NCBI GenBank assembly: GCA_964247055.1
Contig: OZ176050.1
Span: forward strand, 11,718,001-11,782,000
Length of the DNA stretch: 64,000 bases
DNA from: Paragordius varius
Taxonomy: Eukaryota > Animalia > Nematomorpha
Direction: 5' to 3'
Part shown: piece after piece, positions 1 to 13,600 of the stretch
Layout of the letters: every line of letters begins with the position of its first letter
Position numbering within the stretch: position 1 is the stretch's first letter
Translations under genes and position numbers: made by a program
Notes under the pieces: model-generated
Seen by the model: the letters and a program-made list of their open reading frames with translations, nothing else
The model's database searches: none
Told to the model about the DNA's origin: nothing

Positions 1-863
1 TTCAATTCTTAAATGCCTTAGGATAAAAATGTAGTCTCGTAAGCAATAACATTACGCGTTTCCCCTATCGTATTTGCTATTTTTAAATTTTGGTAACAAA
101 ATTATAAGACCTCTTTCTCGTATTTTAACAATATTTTTGATTGGACACTTTTAGCTGAGGAATAAATTAAGATAAATAATTATTTTTACGTGCGCATTTT
201 ATTAAACATATTTTAAGGCATATTGGTACGAGAAATATATCAACCTGTTAAAAATCAATATATTGTTAGTGTTTTCAATTCTATAATAATCATTTAAGTA
301 TAATTTTTACAGTTTTTAAAAGTAGACGATATATTTTTTTAGCTTACATTTGACGTGTTACAGGATTTAAAAAGGTTTTTGGTGTTATAAATAATTGATT
401 TTTATACCTATAATATATATGTTTATCATAATTATATAATTGAATGTATTATTTAATGGTCGAACCCTAAGAAACGATGGATCTAACGCGAAATATTCTC
501 CCATGAATATTACTGTCAATACCAATGAGGTAAGTAGAAATAACATATGAAACAGAGTTAATACATTATTGTAAATTTTGAAGTTATAAATGATAAATAT
601 TGAATTCATCTTTATAAATTTATTTATATACTATTAAAAGATAATTTTAATATATAATTAATTGAAAAAAATGAAGTAAAAAATGTCAAATATAGTTTTA
701 TCAGAAAGGACTATTTTGATAAAAACAAGGTAAAAATGAAGCTTAACTTACTAAAAAAGTTGGCACTTAAATAATTTCACTGTAATTAATTTTTAGAAAA
801 AATAATCTTCTACTTTACCCATTTGTTATATTTAATGATTATTTGCTTAAAAATATTTTCTAG

Positions 864-3800
864 TTTATATACTCGAAATCCATTCAATGCCTCAATACGT
901 CCTTTGGTAGTTTCAAAGTGCCAACATTGTTACATAAATTTGACGTAAGTTTTGCATATTTATATTTTTAATAATTTCTAACTTGGAATAATGTTAACTA
1001 TTTTATATAGATTGTAAACTAGATATATTATAATATAAATATATAAAAAATTAAGCTAAGCGAGGGCAGATAAACATGAAATTATAAAATTGTATGTAAT
1101 CAATATAAACTAGTGCTTTCTGTGCGAGGAAACGCTCCTAAACTGATCACTTTTTTTCTATCCATACAACTACCATATATTGCCTATATTCAAATATTTA
1201 ATTTTAGCAAATTATAGTGTTGTTTGAATATTGGAAAGAAGAAAAATTAGTTTTTGCGCACTTAGTATTAGAATTTAATAAATTTTCAAATTCAAAAACA
1301 ATTTGGTAATTTATGGGCATGAGTTAATACTGTAAAGTTTGCGAAAAAAAAGAAATCTTTAACTTCTTGACATGCGAATCAACCCATAAAATTTATATAA
1401 ACATCTATATAACTTTTCAAAGAACTTTTTTAATATTTTATATTCATTTTTGGGAATCCCTCTATAAACTTCCCTCTTCAATCCCAATATATAGAGTTTG
1501 TTCATTATTTAAATTTATTAAAGGTAAAAATTTTTTCGTAAAAAACTATGAATGAGAATAGAGCTGCAAGTAATCAATCATTGTCCGTTTCAAAATTTTA
1601 ATTAGAGATCCCGGTTGATTACTTGAAAGCTTCTATACTTTACTTTACAGATTTATTTTTTATTATTCACTCATGTGTTCATATCAAGCGGGGTGGGGAC
1701 AGTCAAATTTGAAAATTATCTTAGTTGGAGCGCAAACAAAATAAGGTTGGGATTACATACATAATAATGTTAAATGCGCTTAATTTTATTGAGAGGCATA
1801 CATTGATGACCAAAGTTTAATTATAGAAAATTTATTATAAGTTTTATTACCATTCAACTTATTTATATTTATGGAATGATACAGTCTACAAGCTCCCACA
1901 TCTCTCAAATTTCAATGAAAAACCAAAAACCTATGACAATCATGGTTTTTAGCGATGATGACGAAAGGATGTACATATATTTTGTTGATGTTTGCAACAC
2001 ACCACAAACAGCAAACTTGTCGGCTAGCTATTCATTCGAAAGTGAAAGCTATTCAAATATTTTCAGTACGAAATAATATTTTATGGTTTTCAAACAAGCA
2101 GCAAGCCTGTATTTTAAATCCAAAAATTTGGGGGTAACGTGGCATTTTTAGAAAATCGGTAACATCCAGCTAGTTGCAAAAATCGCAATAATAGGCCAAA
2201 CATAAATTAAAAATAAATTTAGGCATGCCAAATGCATAATTCAGATTTATTAAATACATTAAAATATTTTTCAAATTATTTAATTGTAACACAGGCTCAC
2301 GATGCTATATTGAACGACTTTTACACCAAACTTTTATGGTGTCGATGTTAAAATCTCCGGAATTATAAAACTTGTTTATTAAACTGTTAAAATATTAACA
2401 CTAATTTTCAAACATAATTAAAAGGACTAATAAGGTCTATGATTGACCAATGAAAAAAATTAATTGATATGATAATAAATGAGATTAGGTCAAATTTTAA
2501 ATAATCTCTTTGCCGCGTGATAAACCACACGCAATATACGGCCAAATGGTAAATAATCAAAGCTATCGATCGATGTTGCCTACTGTAAAAATCTTAATTA
2601 CTAAGAACCTTATAAAACCCCCATAAACACATATTTGCTAAATTTGAAATCTTTAATTTATATTTGATCTTTGCATTTTGGACGCTTTACTTTATATATA
2701 CCGACATAAACTTTTAAATTGATCTTTTAGATAATCTATAAAAATTTTACAACAGAATGCTTAAAACCATACATGACCCTCAATTTTTTCGGATTTGATA
2801 GTTTTTACAAAAAATAAATTGGAAAACTACATTTTTCACCCTAAATTTGCCATATTATAATTTTACTCATAGGTGATGAGAAAATTTACTTAATTGATAT
2901 TGGTATTCCAAAATTAAATGATAACATTTCGCTAAACAATGTCAACATATTGCACAATTCCACATTCACACTTTTGAAGTAAGTTTATATACAATTTATC
3001 ATTATTATATTATTAAATATTTTTATACTTATCTCTATTTTCCAGGCATGTCGATGTGAAAGTCTCTAATAATAAAAGCGAAATCATTATAAAACACGAT
3101 TCCATGCTATATAATACACAGCGATACATGATAGAAAATTTGGAGAGAGTTTTTATGTTTGTCAATAACACCAATCTGTGGTCGTCTTGCAAAGTTCTAT
3201 TCAAAAATGATGTATTTTCATATAATCAAATTTGCTTTTTATATTTTTTAAACTGTCAACTATATTAAAAAAATGATTGAGTAACAAGCCATATTATTGG
3301 CTTTAGTAGGACTTTAATTGGCGCAAAAAATATTTCTTGTTTAGACAAAACTATTTAGGTCATTTTAAGTTAAAAATAAATATAATAAGGGCTATAATTT
3401 AATTTAACCAATTTCCCGCACAAATACACGTTAAGTCCAAAATAAGCTTTTCGTTAATAAATCCAAAATAATCAATGTTTTATCTAGGAAAAAATTGTTA
3501 CTATAAGCAGCAAAATTAAAAGATAACATATACTTGCATATAAACTTAAGCATATCTATACTATCATTATCCACTTATTTAGCAAATTTTCACAGACAAA
3601 AACGAAAAGAATCAAAGTCGCTATGTAATTATACAATATCCATGTATAGGCAAGTGGAAAAATATATACTATAATAGTTCAATCGAGGTAGTTTTAATTT
3701 ATATTATATTCTGTGAAAATGAGTATTACTCTTGATTTAACCCAGAGGTGTCCAACATAACTGGGTGGTTTTGCAGGCCGCATTCCTAAACTATATAAGC

Positions 3801-4594
3801 AATAACAAATATTTTAATTAATTTTAAACATAAAACTGTAAAAACTACTATGTATTTAAGCAATTTTGGGTAGTTGATTGAAATTGGAAAAGATTTATTC
3901 TTTGCATTTGAAATTCTCGCGTGCTGCAAAAATATTTCCGAGACACACATGAGGCCCGCCGGCACCACCACTGATTTAAACTATTTTTTGTGTGGAATTA
4001 AAACCATTAGCTATTTTGTCTCAAATTAACGGATAGAAATAAGTTCGGGAAGCGTTTTTGGAACGGAACCTGTTCTAAATCCGTAAAAATGGCAACAGAA
4101 AATAGATTTTACCAGATTAATATGCATATTGTAGTATCACAATGGTATAAAAATTGAAAATTTGTTTACTTAAAATTACGATTCTAGCAGGCCTTTTAAG
4201 TGTAACAAATATATTTTTTTAAAAAGATTGTTTTAAAATTAATTTTTTTACTGTATTCACAAATATATACATTGATGGCTAGATAATTCATCATGTTGCA
4301 AACAATAGCTTAAGCCTAAATGGACAAACATATGAAACACCTTATGATGATAAAGAACCTAAGGTCTTGAGCATCGTTACTTTTAAAAAGAAAAAAGCAT
4401 TCGAAAATATTGATTTCCAACGTAAATCACAAAATATGATTGGTCTCCAAAAACTTTATCAAGATGTATTCTATAAAAAATCCATCATATACTCTGTTGT
4501 ACTCTCAAGTGTATCCGATACCACGGTACCAAACACTGCTAATGATGTGTTAGAAAATACCACTAACTCATCGGGAAAATTGACAAATGAATAA
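864..4594 (+). CDS. Paralog A: unrecognised multi-exon protein, probably a secreted glycoprotein; 5' end not resolved
   Basis: Phase-compatible GT-AG exons: 864-944 (FIYSKSIQCLNTSFGSFKVPTLLHKFD), 1885-2065, 2873-2978, 3046-3211 and 4283-4594 (ends TAA). The last three are about 84-91% identical to exons of paralog B with identical splice phases. Many N-x-S/T sequons. A candidate upstream exon 472-529 ends AATGAG|gtaagt but is weak. Confidence 0.7.
3742..3973. mobile_element. hAT-type MITE (CAGNGGTGTCCAAC family)
   Basis: Left end CAGAGGTGTCCAAC, right end ...CACCACTG. A homologous copy lies at about 21730-21961 within the duplicated block. Confidence 0.45.
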
Positions 4595-5354
4595 AATAAT
4601 TCTTTGAGACAACATCTGTTTTTAGTTTTTAACGTTTAAACTTTTTCTATCAAAATTAAATAAATTATGGAGTGCGTCTAAATTTAATACCAGTATTTTT
4701 GAGATTAAATTTTAAGTGGATCCATATTTTAAAATTGGTTTTTATTTAGTCATTATTATAATACAAAAATCATATTCGCTAAATAATGAAAAACTCCAAA
4801 ATGTTTCTAATAACCCTTCATAAGTTTCACAAAAAAATCATAATTATAACGAAACTGTTATAAAATAGACCTTAATAGATACATTGGGGGTTTCACAAAT
4901 ATATAAATATATACATTAGCGCTTATTACAGTAAAAACTGAAATTATACGGACAAAACGTAAAAATTTAAAGACAAATATTATCTAATAGAAAACCTTAC
5001 TTTTTGAAACCTTATGTTTCCTCATATAAGATATTTGGTTACAATTGTAAAATATAGATTTGATTTTTTTGTAATATATATATCTTCTTTTCATACTTTG
5101 CCATTTAAAACAATGAGTTATATTATAATAAATCAAGATTTAAAACGTATGGTTGTCTTTTAGAAAATAATATTTGTCTTTATTTATGTTTTGTCCTTTT
5201 AATTTCAGTTTTTACTTTATATCAATTTTTATTCTTATTAAAAGGGCTTTCGATAAAAGCCTCAATATTTCGGAATTACGTTAAGAAATTCGTTTGCTTG
5301 TAAAGTACATTTATTTTTTTTATTTACCCAAATTTCGAAAACAAATGGAGATTA

Positions 5355-5515
5355 AGCATACATTGCTAGAAAGTTACTAATCGTTGCCAAAACATATACA
5401 ACAAAGGACATTATTATTGACTTATAGTTATTTTTTTACTTTTTACTATTATTAGCCAATAAAAATTCTTACTGCATATGCTATTTGGCAATATAACTTT
5501 CTAGCAATGTATACT
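5355..5515. mobile_element. About 160-bp hairpin MITE, TA-flanked
   Basis: TIR AG(C/T)ATACATTGCTAGAAAGTTA ... TAACTTTCTAGCAATGTATACT with TA on both sides. Further copies at 20241-20404 and 23305-23469. Confidence 0.75.
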
Positions 5516-7250
5516 TACACATATTAATTTCTAAGGTAATATAAATATTTAGCATCAAATTTTTTAGAAAATGCGTTTTTGCAATATCTTAATGTGATTT
5601 CATACTGTTTTCATCATATATTATACCATAAAATACGTTCAACAAAATTTTAATATTTGACTTTTAAAAATAATTTCTAATGACAAACCCAAAAGCATCA
5701 TAAAAGAGCTGTTGCATTTTTCTATCAAAATGTATAAATTTCATGATAATAAAATTTGATCTACTATGTATATATTTAATATACTTTTATTTTACAGGTT
5801 AATTGTGAGTTTAAAAATAAGTTGACATTCATACAATGAAAACAGCTGATTACAAAATAATATTGAAAATTATTGTCAAAATGTATAAGCGTTTTTTAAT
5901 TCTATTTTATAATATTTTATGCCGGACCGATTTATTTAGCGGCTAAAATTTCTAATAATAATTATATGAAAAACGCATATAATTTCACAAGTTCTAGGCA
6001 AGAGTTTCTAGCACAAATGGCTTACACATGGTTTTTACTAAAAATTTTAAATGAACTTAAAAGTGAATTGTACAAATAAAACAAATAATTATGGTAATTA
6101 TTTCATCACCAAGATTTGGTATAGTTGTTAACTATATACTATATATGTAAAATTAACTACATAAAAATCATCTCGTTAGACATTAGTATTTTCTCTTTCA
6201 AACAAATTTGGCGTTAAATTACATTTAATATTCCAAATAAAATAATGATATTGAAGTGTCATAAGAAAAATTAATTCACGAGATTCCGGTTTTTATCAGT
6301 CAGAATCTAGCAAAACCAATAGCTTTATAAAAAAAGGAAAAAAACTTTCTTATGATTTTATCAAACTATTTAAGCCTAAAATCTCTTTTGTATTCATCCG
6401 TAGAAATATTGGTGGTACGTATAGTTGATTATCACAGTTAATCCCCTTTAACAATATTTTTTTTACCAAAGATTTCCGACGCCCTTCCCCCACTTTTTTT
6501 TACTTTTTTAAAGAAAATGATATGGTAATACCATATAGCTCTTGTTTTTATATTCTTTACCAAATATTAATACCCATTTAACAAAAAAAAGTAAATGTTT
6601 GATAAAATAAAGTCTACATGACTGTAATATTTTGATTGAAAACGTATGTTCTCAAAATTTAATTAAATTTTATAATATTACACAAAAATATGTACTTAAA
6701 TTTTAACAATAACAAATGTTTCAATCAAAATTCTGATGCAGTAGAAATGTTCACGTCGAATATAAAAGCGCTTCATTTAAATGTTAACAAAAAATATAAT
6801 ATTCTCAAAATTTAGCATTACAAAATATCCATCATTATTCTCACGTCAACTCTTTCATATGTGCAGTACGAAATATTTTGTGGAGCTTTTCACATTAGAT
6901 AAACCATTTCTTTTATTTGACTGGCATTAACAGACAATAAAATGCATAATGTAATGTTTTAAATTATTTTTATACAGTTTCCATGATGGCTAAATTGCTT
7001 TTATTATAAAATTAAATTTATACAAACACATTGTTTTTTTAATGTCGTAATCTAGCAATAGAGATTATAATTATTATTGCGGAATCAAGCATGTGCGTTT
7101 ATTTAAAGAATAGTAATTCCATTTTAGACGCCAATACTACTTTCGGAAACAACATGTAAAAATTTAAATTGTTTTGATAAATATGTTTGTGTATTTTAGC
7201 ACTTTTATTACATTTTTATTTATTTGTCTATGACATTTTATGAAGTTTTA

Positions 7251-7919
7251 TATACCATTTGCACTTCAAGAGTGTCCTTGAACACTTCAAGTTGGTCCTT
7301 GAACAATTCAAGTTGGTCCTTAAACAGTTCAAGTTGGTCCTTTGACTTTTTTGTTTTGTTTTTAACTTTTATCAATTAAATCGTAAATAATTTATCTATA
7401 TTATTGTTTTTAGCCTATTTTCTATTATTAACATAAATTTTAAATCGATATCAACTTTTAATCTTTGAGAAAACGTATATCTTTATTAATTTCTTAATAT
7501 AATTTTGGATATTTATAAGATTAATAAAAAAAATATATAAGTTTTTTGGGTTATCCATTAAAATTTTCATAAAAAACATTTAAAAGTCAATCAATTGAAA
7601 AAAAATAGTTTGAAACAAAAAGGTGGTTTTTCAGTAAAAATTTATTTTTAAATGAATAAATATTTAATAAATTACGAAAATTTGGTTAATAAATAATAAA
7701 ATAAAAAAATAAAAGCAAAAATTATGTAAAATTTATAAATTTTAAGGAACAACTTGAATTGTTCAAGAACCAACTTAAAATGTTCAAGGACCAATTTGAA
7801 CTGTTCAAGGACCATCTTGAACTGTTCAAGGACCAACTTGAATCGTTCAACGACCAACTTAAATTGTTCAAGGACTAACTTGAAATGTTCAAGGACACTC
7901 TTGAAGTGCAAATGGTATA
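7251..7919. mobile_element. Foldback-like non-autonomous element with 21-bp subterminal tandem repeats
   Basis: TIR TATACCATTTGCACTTCAAGAGTGTCCTTGAAC. Unit GGACCAACTTGAANNGTTCAA occurs about 3 times inverted on the left and about 7 times on the right (7746-7892). Paralogous copy at 24971-25499. Confidence 0.75.
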
Positions 7920-8023
7920 TCTCGGTATTTTTTTAAATTTTTTAATATTTTAGTAAAATTTAATTATCAAACGTTTCCCTGTATTAGATATTTCTTATAA
8001 ATTTTTTAAAAAAGTTAACATCT

Positions 8024-8298
8024 AGATAGTGTCCAACAGGTGGTTCCGAAGCCACTTGTGGCTCTTTAAAAAATATTTTTTATTATTTTTCCTTACATCC
8101 ATTTAATTATTAATTTGCTTTACAATATAAAAATCTTTGGAAATGCTTGCGACTGGTGATATATTTTTGGTAATGATCTATGTGTGAAAACCAAAAATCT
8201 GATACTTATATCTTGATATACATTATTTCAAATGTGGATCCTCGGATTTTTGAGGTCAAAAATGTGGCTCTTCAAGCCATTTGTGTTGGACACCCCTG
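8024..8298. mobile_element. hAT-type MITE
   Basis: Right end GTTGGACACCCCTG (reverse complement CAGGGGTGTCCAAC) with a degenerate left end GTGTCCAAC, and GTGGCTC subterminal motifs. Related copy at about 54005-54270. Confidence 0.6.
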
Positions 8299-8827
8299 AT
8301 TAGAGCCCGAAATTGACCAATACAATAATATTTAAATAACCAGATTAATGTATCTTCATTAAATTTTCGTTTTGTGCGCGATGACATATTGGGGTCATTT
8401 TCTATCCCAAAGATTTAAGTAGTAAATTAATTAATATTTTAGAAAGTTGTCTTGTTTTTATTACGCCTTCTTCTCTTCTTCAAATTTTACAGTTTTTACA
8501 CGATTCACAGTAACAGTTGATACAAAAATCATATATCAAAAATTTAATGGTGATTATTACTTGGGTTTGCAAAAATTATTTACATTTTTTAACCATATCG
8601 CTTGTTGTATTCACGATTCAACTCTTTACACCTTGCGTATATATCCCATGTCCATTTAAAGTTTAAATCTTAAAAATATTTTTCGAAATATATGCTTTCT
8701 GAAGCTTTTTTCAAAATTATTATCTCATGTTGATCAGTCACTTTTACAATCAGTAAATTTTAATTTTAAAATAATCATTTCAAAGTTGATTATGCCTACT
8801 CACAAACTGCACAAACATAGTTTGTGG

Positions 8828-8986
8828 GAATGAAACCCTCTTATAATGAGTCAAGAATAATATAAAATAAATTAAATCATTTTTTTCGAATGCGGTTATA
8901 TGTTTTTAATTAAAAAAGGGTCACTATGCGGATAATGAAACATGTATCATTTCCGACCATCGGGGTCATTATGAGGGGCTTCACTG
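8828..8986. mobile_element. pogo/Tigger-like MITE
   Basis: Imperfect inverted ends TGAAACCCTCTTATAATGAG / GTCATTATGAGGGGCTTCACTG|TA. Confidence 0.45.
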
Positions 8987-10655
8987 TATTTTAACTTCGA
9001 ATAATTGACACGATGGGTGATTTTATGTGTTGCATTTGTTTTTTGATGATGATATCGTAAGTAAGGTGTATGCCTCTTAACTGAGGATGCTCAAGCAAAA
9101 AAATATTGATTTCTTGACAAATACTAAAGTTGTAACTAGGGTTGTGCATTTGACTACTTTTACAAAATCCGGTCAAACCCAGTCAGACCATGGTCATGAC
9201 CACGGTCATGACCACTTTTTACATAAATAAGTTCATGCGATATTGGATAAAAAAATGTTCGAACGACACTTCGTTTCACTGATAATGTCATGTTTTTCTT
9301 AAAAATTTATATTATACATTTTTTAATATTGATATGCAATCAAATTTATCTAGAATTGTTAAATAAATTTTGTCACATGTTTGTGGCCTTCTAAATCTTC
9401 AAATACTTAATTTTTAATACGGGATATTTAAAAAATATTTACCTAGTTTGTTTTACACTTTCTATTATTCATGAATTAATATCCAATTAAAAGATGTTTT
9501 TTCATTTTATTGGTTTACATATATGGAATAATTGGATTTTGCAATGTTGATTGTTTTGTTTATCGAAATAGCTGGATATGCTTAAATTCTAATGTTTTAA
9601 GGATGCATGTCTAACAATATTAATCTCATTTAAATATATAATATATACAAAAAACAATAAAATGTTACTATGTCTCTTTCAAAAAAATTCCACCAATTTT
9701 TCAAAAAACAGCTGTTTTTTTAAATGACCATGGTCAAAAAATAAATAATCATTGACCTGGTCAATTGACCTGGTCAATTGACCCGGTCATGACTTGGTCA
9801 GCACTGAAGTTAGTGGACATAAAATCGTTTTATACCTCCGTGATAATAATTATTATAATTCGTTTTGGTAAAAACAAATACATAAAGGGAACATGGTGCA
9901 CGATGAAACGGATTTAGGTTATAGCGACAAGCCGAAACTACCTTCTTAGCTTAAAAAGAGTGTTGGATTCCGCGGCGCCTCGTATAGCCTTTGAATTTAG
10001 CTGACATTAGTATATCATAGCGATTTTGAAAAACCATTAGCAAAATGCTTTTTTGGTTGGTTAACTAATATAAGTGTTAGGGATTAGTAGGTCACCATAG
10101 CTCAAAACAAGCAAAAAACAATAGCGTACCGACAGGGGCATCGAAACCATAAAGTTTTGTAATAATGGTATTGGTGAAGAGCGAGCTGGAAAGATTGCCT
10201 TGTTGGATGTATAAAAAATTAATATATTAAATGAAAAACCATGTGTTCATTTTTCAACGATTTTGCTACGATAAAAATTAATAAAAAAATGACCTATTGG
10301 CCCCAAAACCAAAAGCATTATTTGAAATAGTCTCTAACTACCCGATTCGGTGCAGCTTAAATAGACTACCAAAAGTTAAGGGTTTCTAGGCAAAACTTTG
10401 AGACTATCCAGCAAATATATCAGTATAACTCGTAAACTACATATTTTTTTGGTATCGCGCTGGGCATGTAACTTAGAAAAAAATCTTTATTGTAGTTGTA
10501 TTTTAGGTTTTAATTGAGGTAAAAATACTAAGCATGTAAAAATTATTATTATACCTCCTTTTCCAATCCAAACCCATATTATCTGCTGATACAGCAAAAT
10601 AAGCAATTAATTCATTACCCATTAATTTTCTACTGTTTTTCAAACAACATTTATT

Positions 10656-13600
10656 ATGATGATACGATCCTTTTTATTATCAGGCTTACTTGCACTGTTG
10701 ATATCCCGGCAACCAGGAATTATTAATTTCATAATTAATGAGCATAATTATTTGTAAATTGTATTTTTACCGGTCATAAGACAGGTAAAGAATATATATA
10801 TATATATATATGTCATGTTCTATTAAATTTTACTTTTCAGTAATTTGCAAAGGCTGAATTCTTACTATTTGGTAAAACATTTAAAATAGGATTTGTATTT
10901 TTTTATTGGTTATATAGTCACTTCTAAAATCTTGAATTATGAATCTTTTTCAGCGTTGCCAAATCTATCCTTTTATGGGTTCCTCATCAGTTTATGTCGG
11001 TAATATCGATGTTTATCTAGTGATGGAGTACCTTAAATGTCTTAAAGAACGAAAATGTATTAGCACCCTTCTATTTTAATTATAGACCTTCTTTAATATA
11101 ACCTAGCACTTAAAGTTTAATTCAATACTATGAAAAATGATTCCTAAATTCAAAATATCTTGCGTTTCTGGCGCCCCTCCATGCGCGACTCCTTGCATTT
11201 TAAAAATCATATTTAAACCGTGGTGATAACCACTCATAAATGGATAGTTTTTTAGTTAAAATGATAATTTTTAAATACCTATCAAATAAAACTATTTTTT
11301 TTAAATCCACTTCTTTAACTATGGCGCCAGATGCATCGCCCCCTTTCCCCTCCAGCTAGGCCTCTGCCTATTCATTTAATATTGGCAGCTCTAAATGAAC
11401 GAAAAATATTATTGGTTTAAAGTTAGTTTGCTTTTTTTGCTATTGGCCAATAGCAAATCTTTTTTTCTATACACGCTACCTGAAAAACTAGCAATGTCTT
11501 ACTTCTACTGTATACCAATCTAATTCAGTTATCGTACCCAATGAATCAATATTTGTTGAGAGAAAATTTACTCTATATAAAAATTTCGTTTATGATTAAT
11601 TCATATTACCTGAACACCTACATTATATTTTAAAGGTAATTACGTGATGAAATATTTATGTAGCCAACAAAATATTTTTAGAGGCGAAGCTATTATACAA
11701 AATACAATAACATATCTTTTAATTTTACACAAAATCGTAATAAAATACCTTTAAAATTTAATCGATAAATAAACATAAGGTAAAAAAGCCAAATATTCAG
11801 CAGGGTTAAGAAAAAATCATTATAAACAGCATAAAAATGTTATATCACAACTTATCTCTTAGAAACTACCATATTGTTTATAAAATATTCCAGACATTTT
11901 GATAACTGACGGCAATGTCCTACCCGGTCTACTATCAATGCCATAAAAAGATAAATGGAGTAATTGTTATAGTGTTTTAAGATATGTTATATGAAATAAC
12001 ATATTATTATAAGAAAGTATTTTTAACGGTAATTACAATTTCGTATTTAATTTTTTTAACCACTAGTTTTTTCTTTGCTGCTTGCCAAATCAATAAAAAA
12101 ATTCCATCTATCATATAACATTTTTTTTTATCAATTATTGATTTCATGATAATGTTATTTTTTAGGGGATTCCCTAGGCGACGAAAGAAAAAAATGTCAG
12201 ATTCTTTTGTCACATATCTTACCGATTGTGTTTCCGTAAATATTTTTGTTTTTATGCAAAAAAAGATGTAATACATGTATATATTTATTTATTTATAAAT
12301 ATTTTGCTCAAGGAATCACACCATTCTTTCTAAGGATGAGTTATTTAATATTGTTTTGAATGTAACCAAATTACAATTAACGAATCTTACAAAGGAAGAA
12401 ATTGATAATTTTCTCAATAATGCACAGAGGTTACCAGGAGTGCCTTACAAAATTGTGACAATCATAGAGGTAAGTTCCATTTAAACATTATTTAGTTCAT
12501 GCATTCCCCTTTTAGGTCAAACTGTGTGCGCAATTTTATGGGTACTTTTGAGATTCCGTTTAGTTCATCCGAATCCTCTGTAATCCAAGTAATTATTTTT
12601 TATTGAACCCGCTATTTGGCCAATTTACTTGGAATTCGCTTATGGGTTATAGTGTTTTTCGGATTTAATTTTCTTTTAATTCTTATATTATAGAACGCGT
12701 ATCATTACTTTTGACATCGCTACGGCACACTACTGTTTGGAGGTTTAAGAAGTATTATACCATTAAAACATACAATTTAAAATAATAACTTTTAAATTTA
12801 TACCATATGCTTGGTAAAAAGATACAGTGTGCATTTTAATGCTTGCTTATTCAGAGTGTAGTTGGTCAATTGGCGTAGTGTGTGGAAAAAACAACGAAAT
12901 GTTGAATAAATTATTTTTTCCTTTCTTACATTACTTTGTCTATTTTTTCAATGTTGTTGTTCCCATATACTTACTATGTTGCGAATTGACCAACTATAGT
13001 GTGAATAGGCCATTAAAATGCAAACTGTAGTTTTATTATTGAAACACAACTAAAATTTATAATTTGTATAGACGTTAAAAATTGTGGAGCAACCAAATAG
13101 AATGGTTGTTGAAACGGATGGTGGATTTTTTTCTAATTGTACAAATTCATCAATATCTATTTACAAAAAATTAAATATTTCCTTCCAATACAATTGCAAA
13201 AACTTGGATTTCAGTAATTTCTAATTATTTTCAAATCTTTTCAATTTGTTTGCTTATAATTTTAATCTATTATTTATTAAAAATATAAATATTTATTTAG
13301 TTATTTCATTGTTATATTTAATTTGGTATTTTGTTTTAACTAATTTTATATTTACAGTATGCATTTTAATGGTTCCTTTTTTACATTACTTTGTTTATTT
13401 TATTTAACATTTTGTTGTTTTTTCCATATACTTGTGTGTTGCAAATTGCCCAATAAATTTTATACTGTAAATACCGAGGTCTATTGAATAACAATATGCA
13501 TTTATGAGTTAAATTAATTAAAATTTTAGGCATTTTGGTTTATGCATAAAAATTTATAACTAAAATTAATCATAAAAACAGTTGTTTACAATATCATTAA

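Noticed and set aside
7672-7936. Two repetitive ORFs (KLVLEQF.. and CSRTNLN..) and a CRISPR-like look
   Set aside because: They are translations of the 21-bp tandem repeat. There are no unique spacers and the DNA is eukaryotic.
11480-11635. Possible extra exon of paralog B ending TTAAAG|gtaat
   Set aside because: The only long frame has an in-frame TAA, and the model joins in phase without it.
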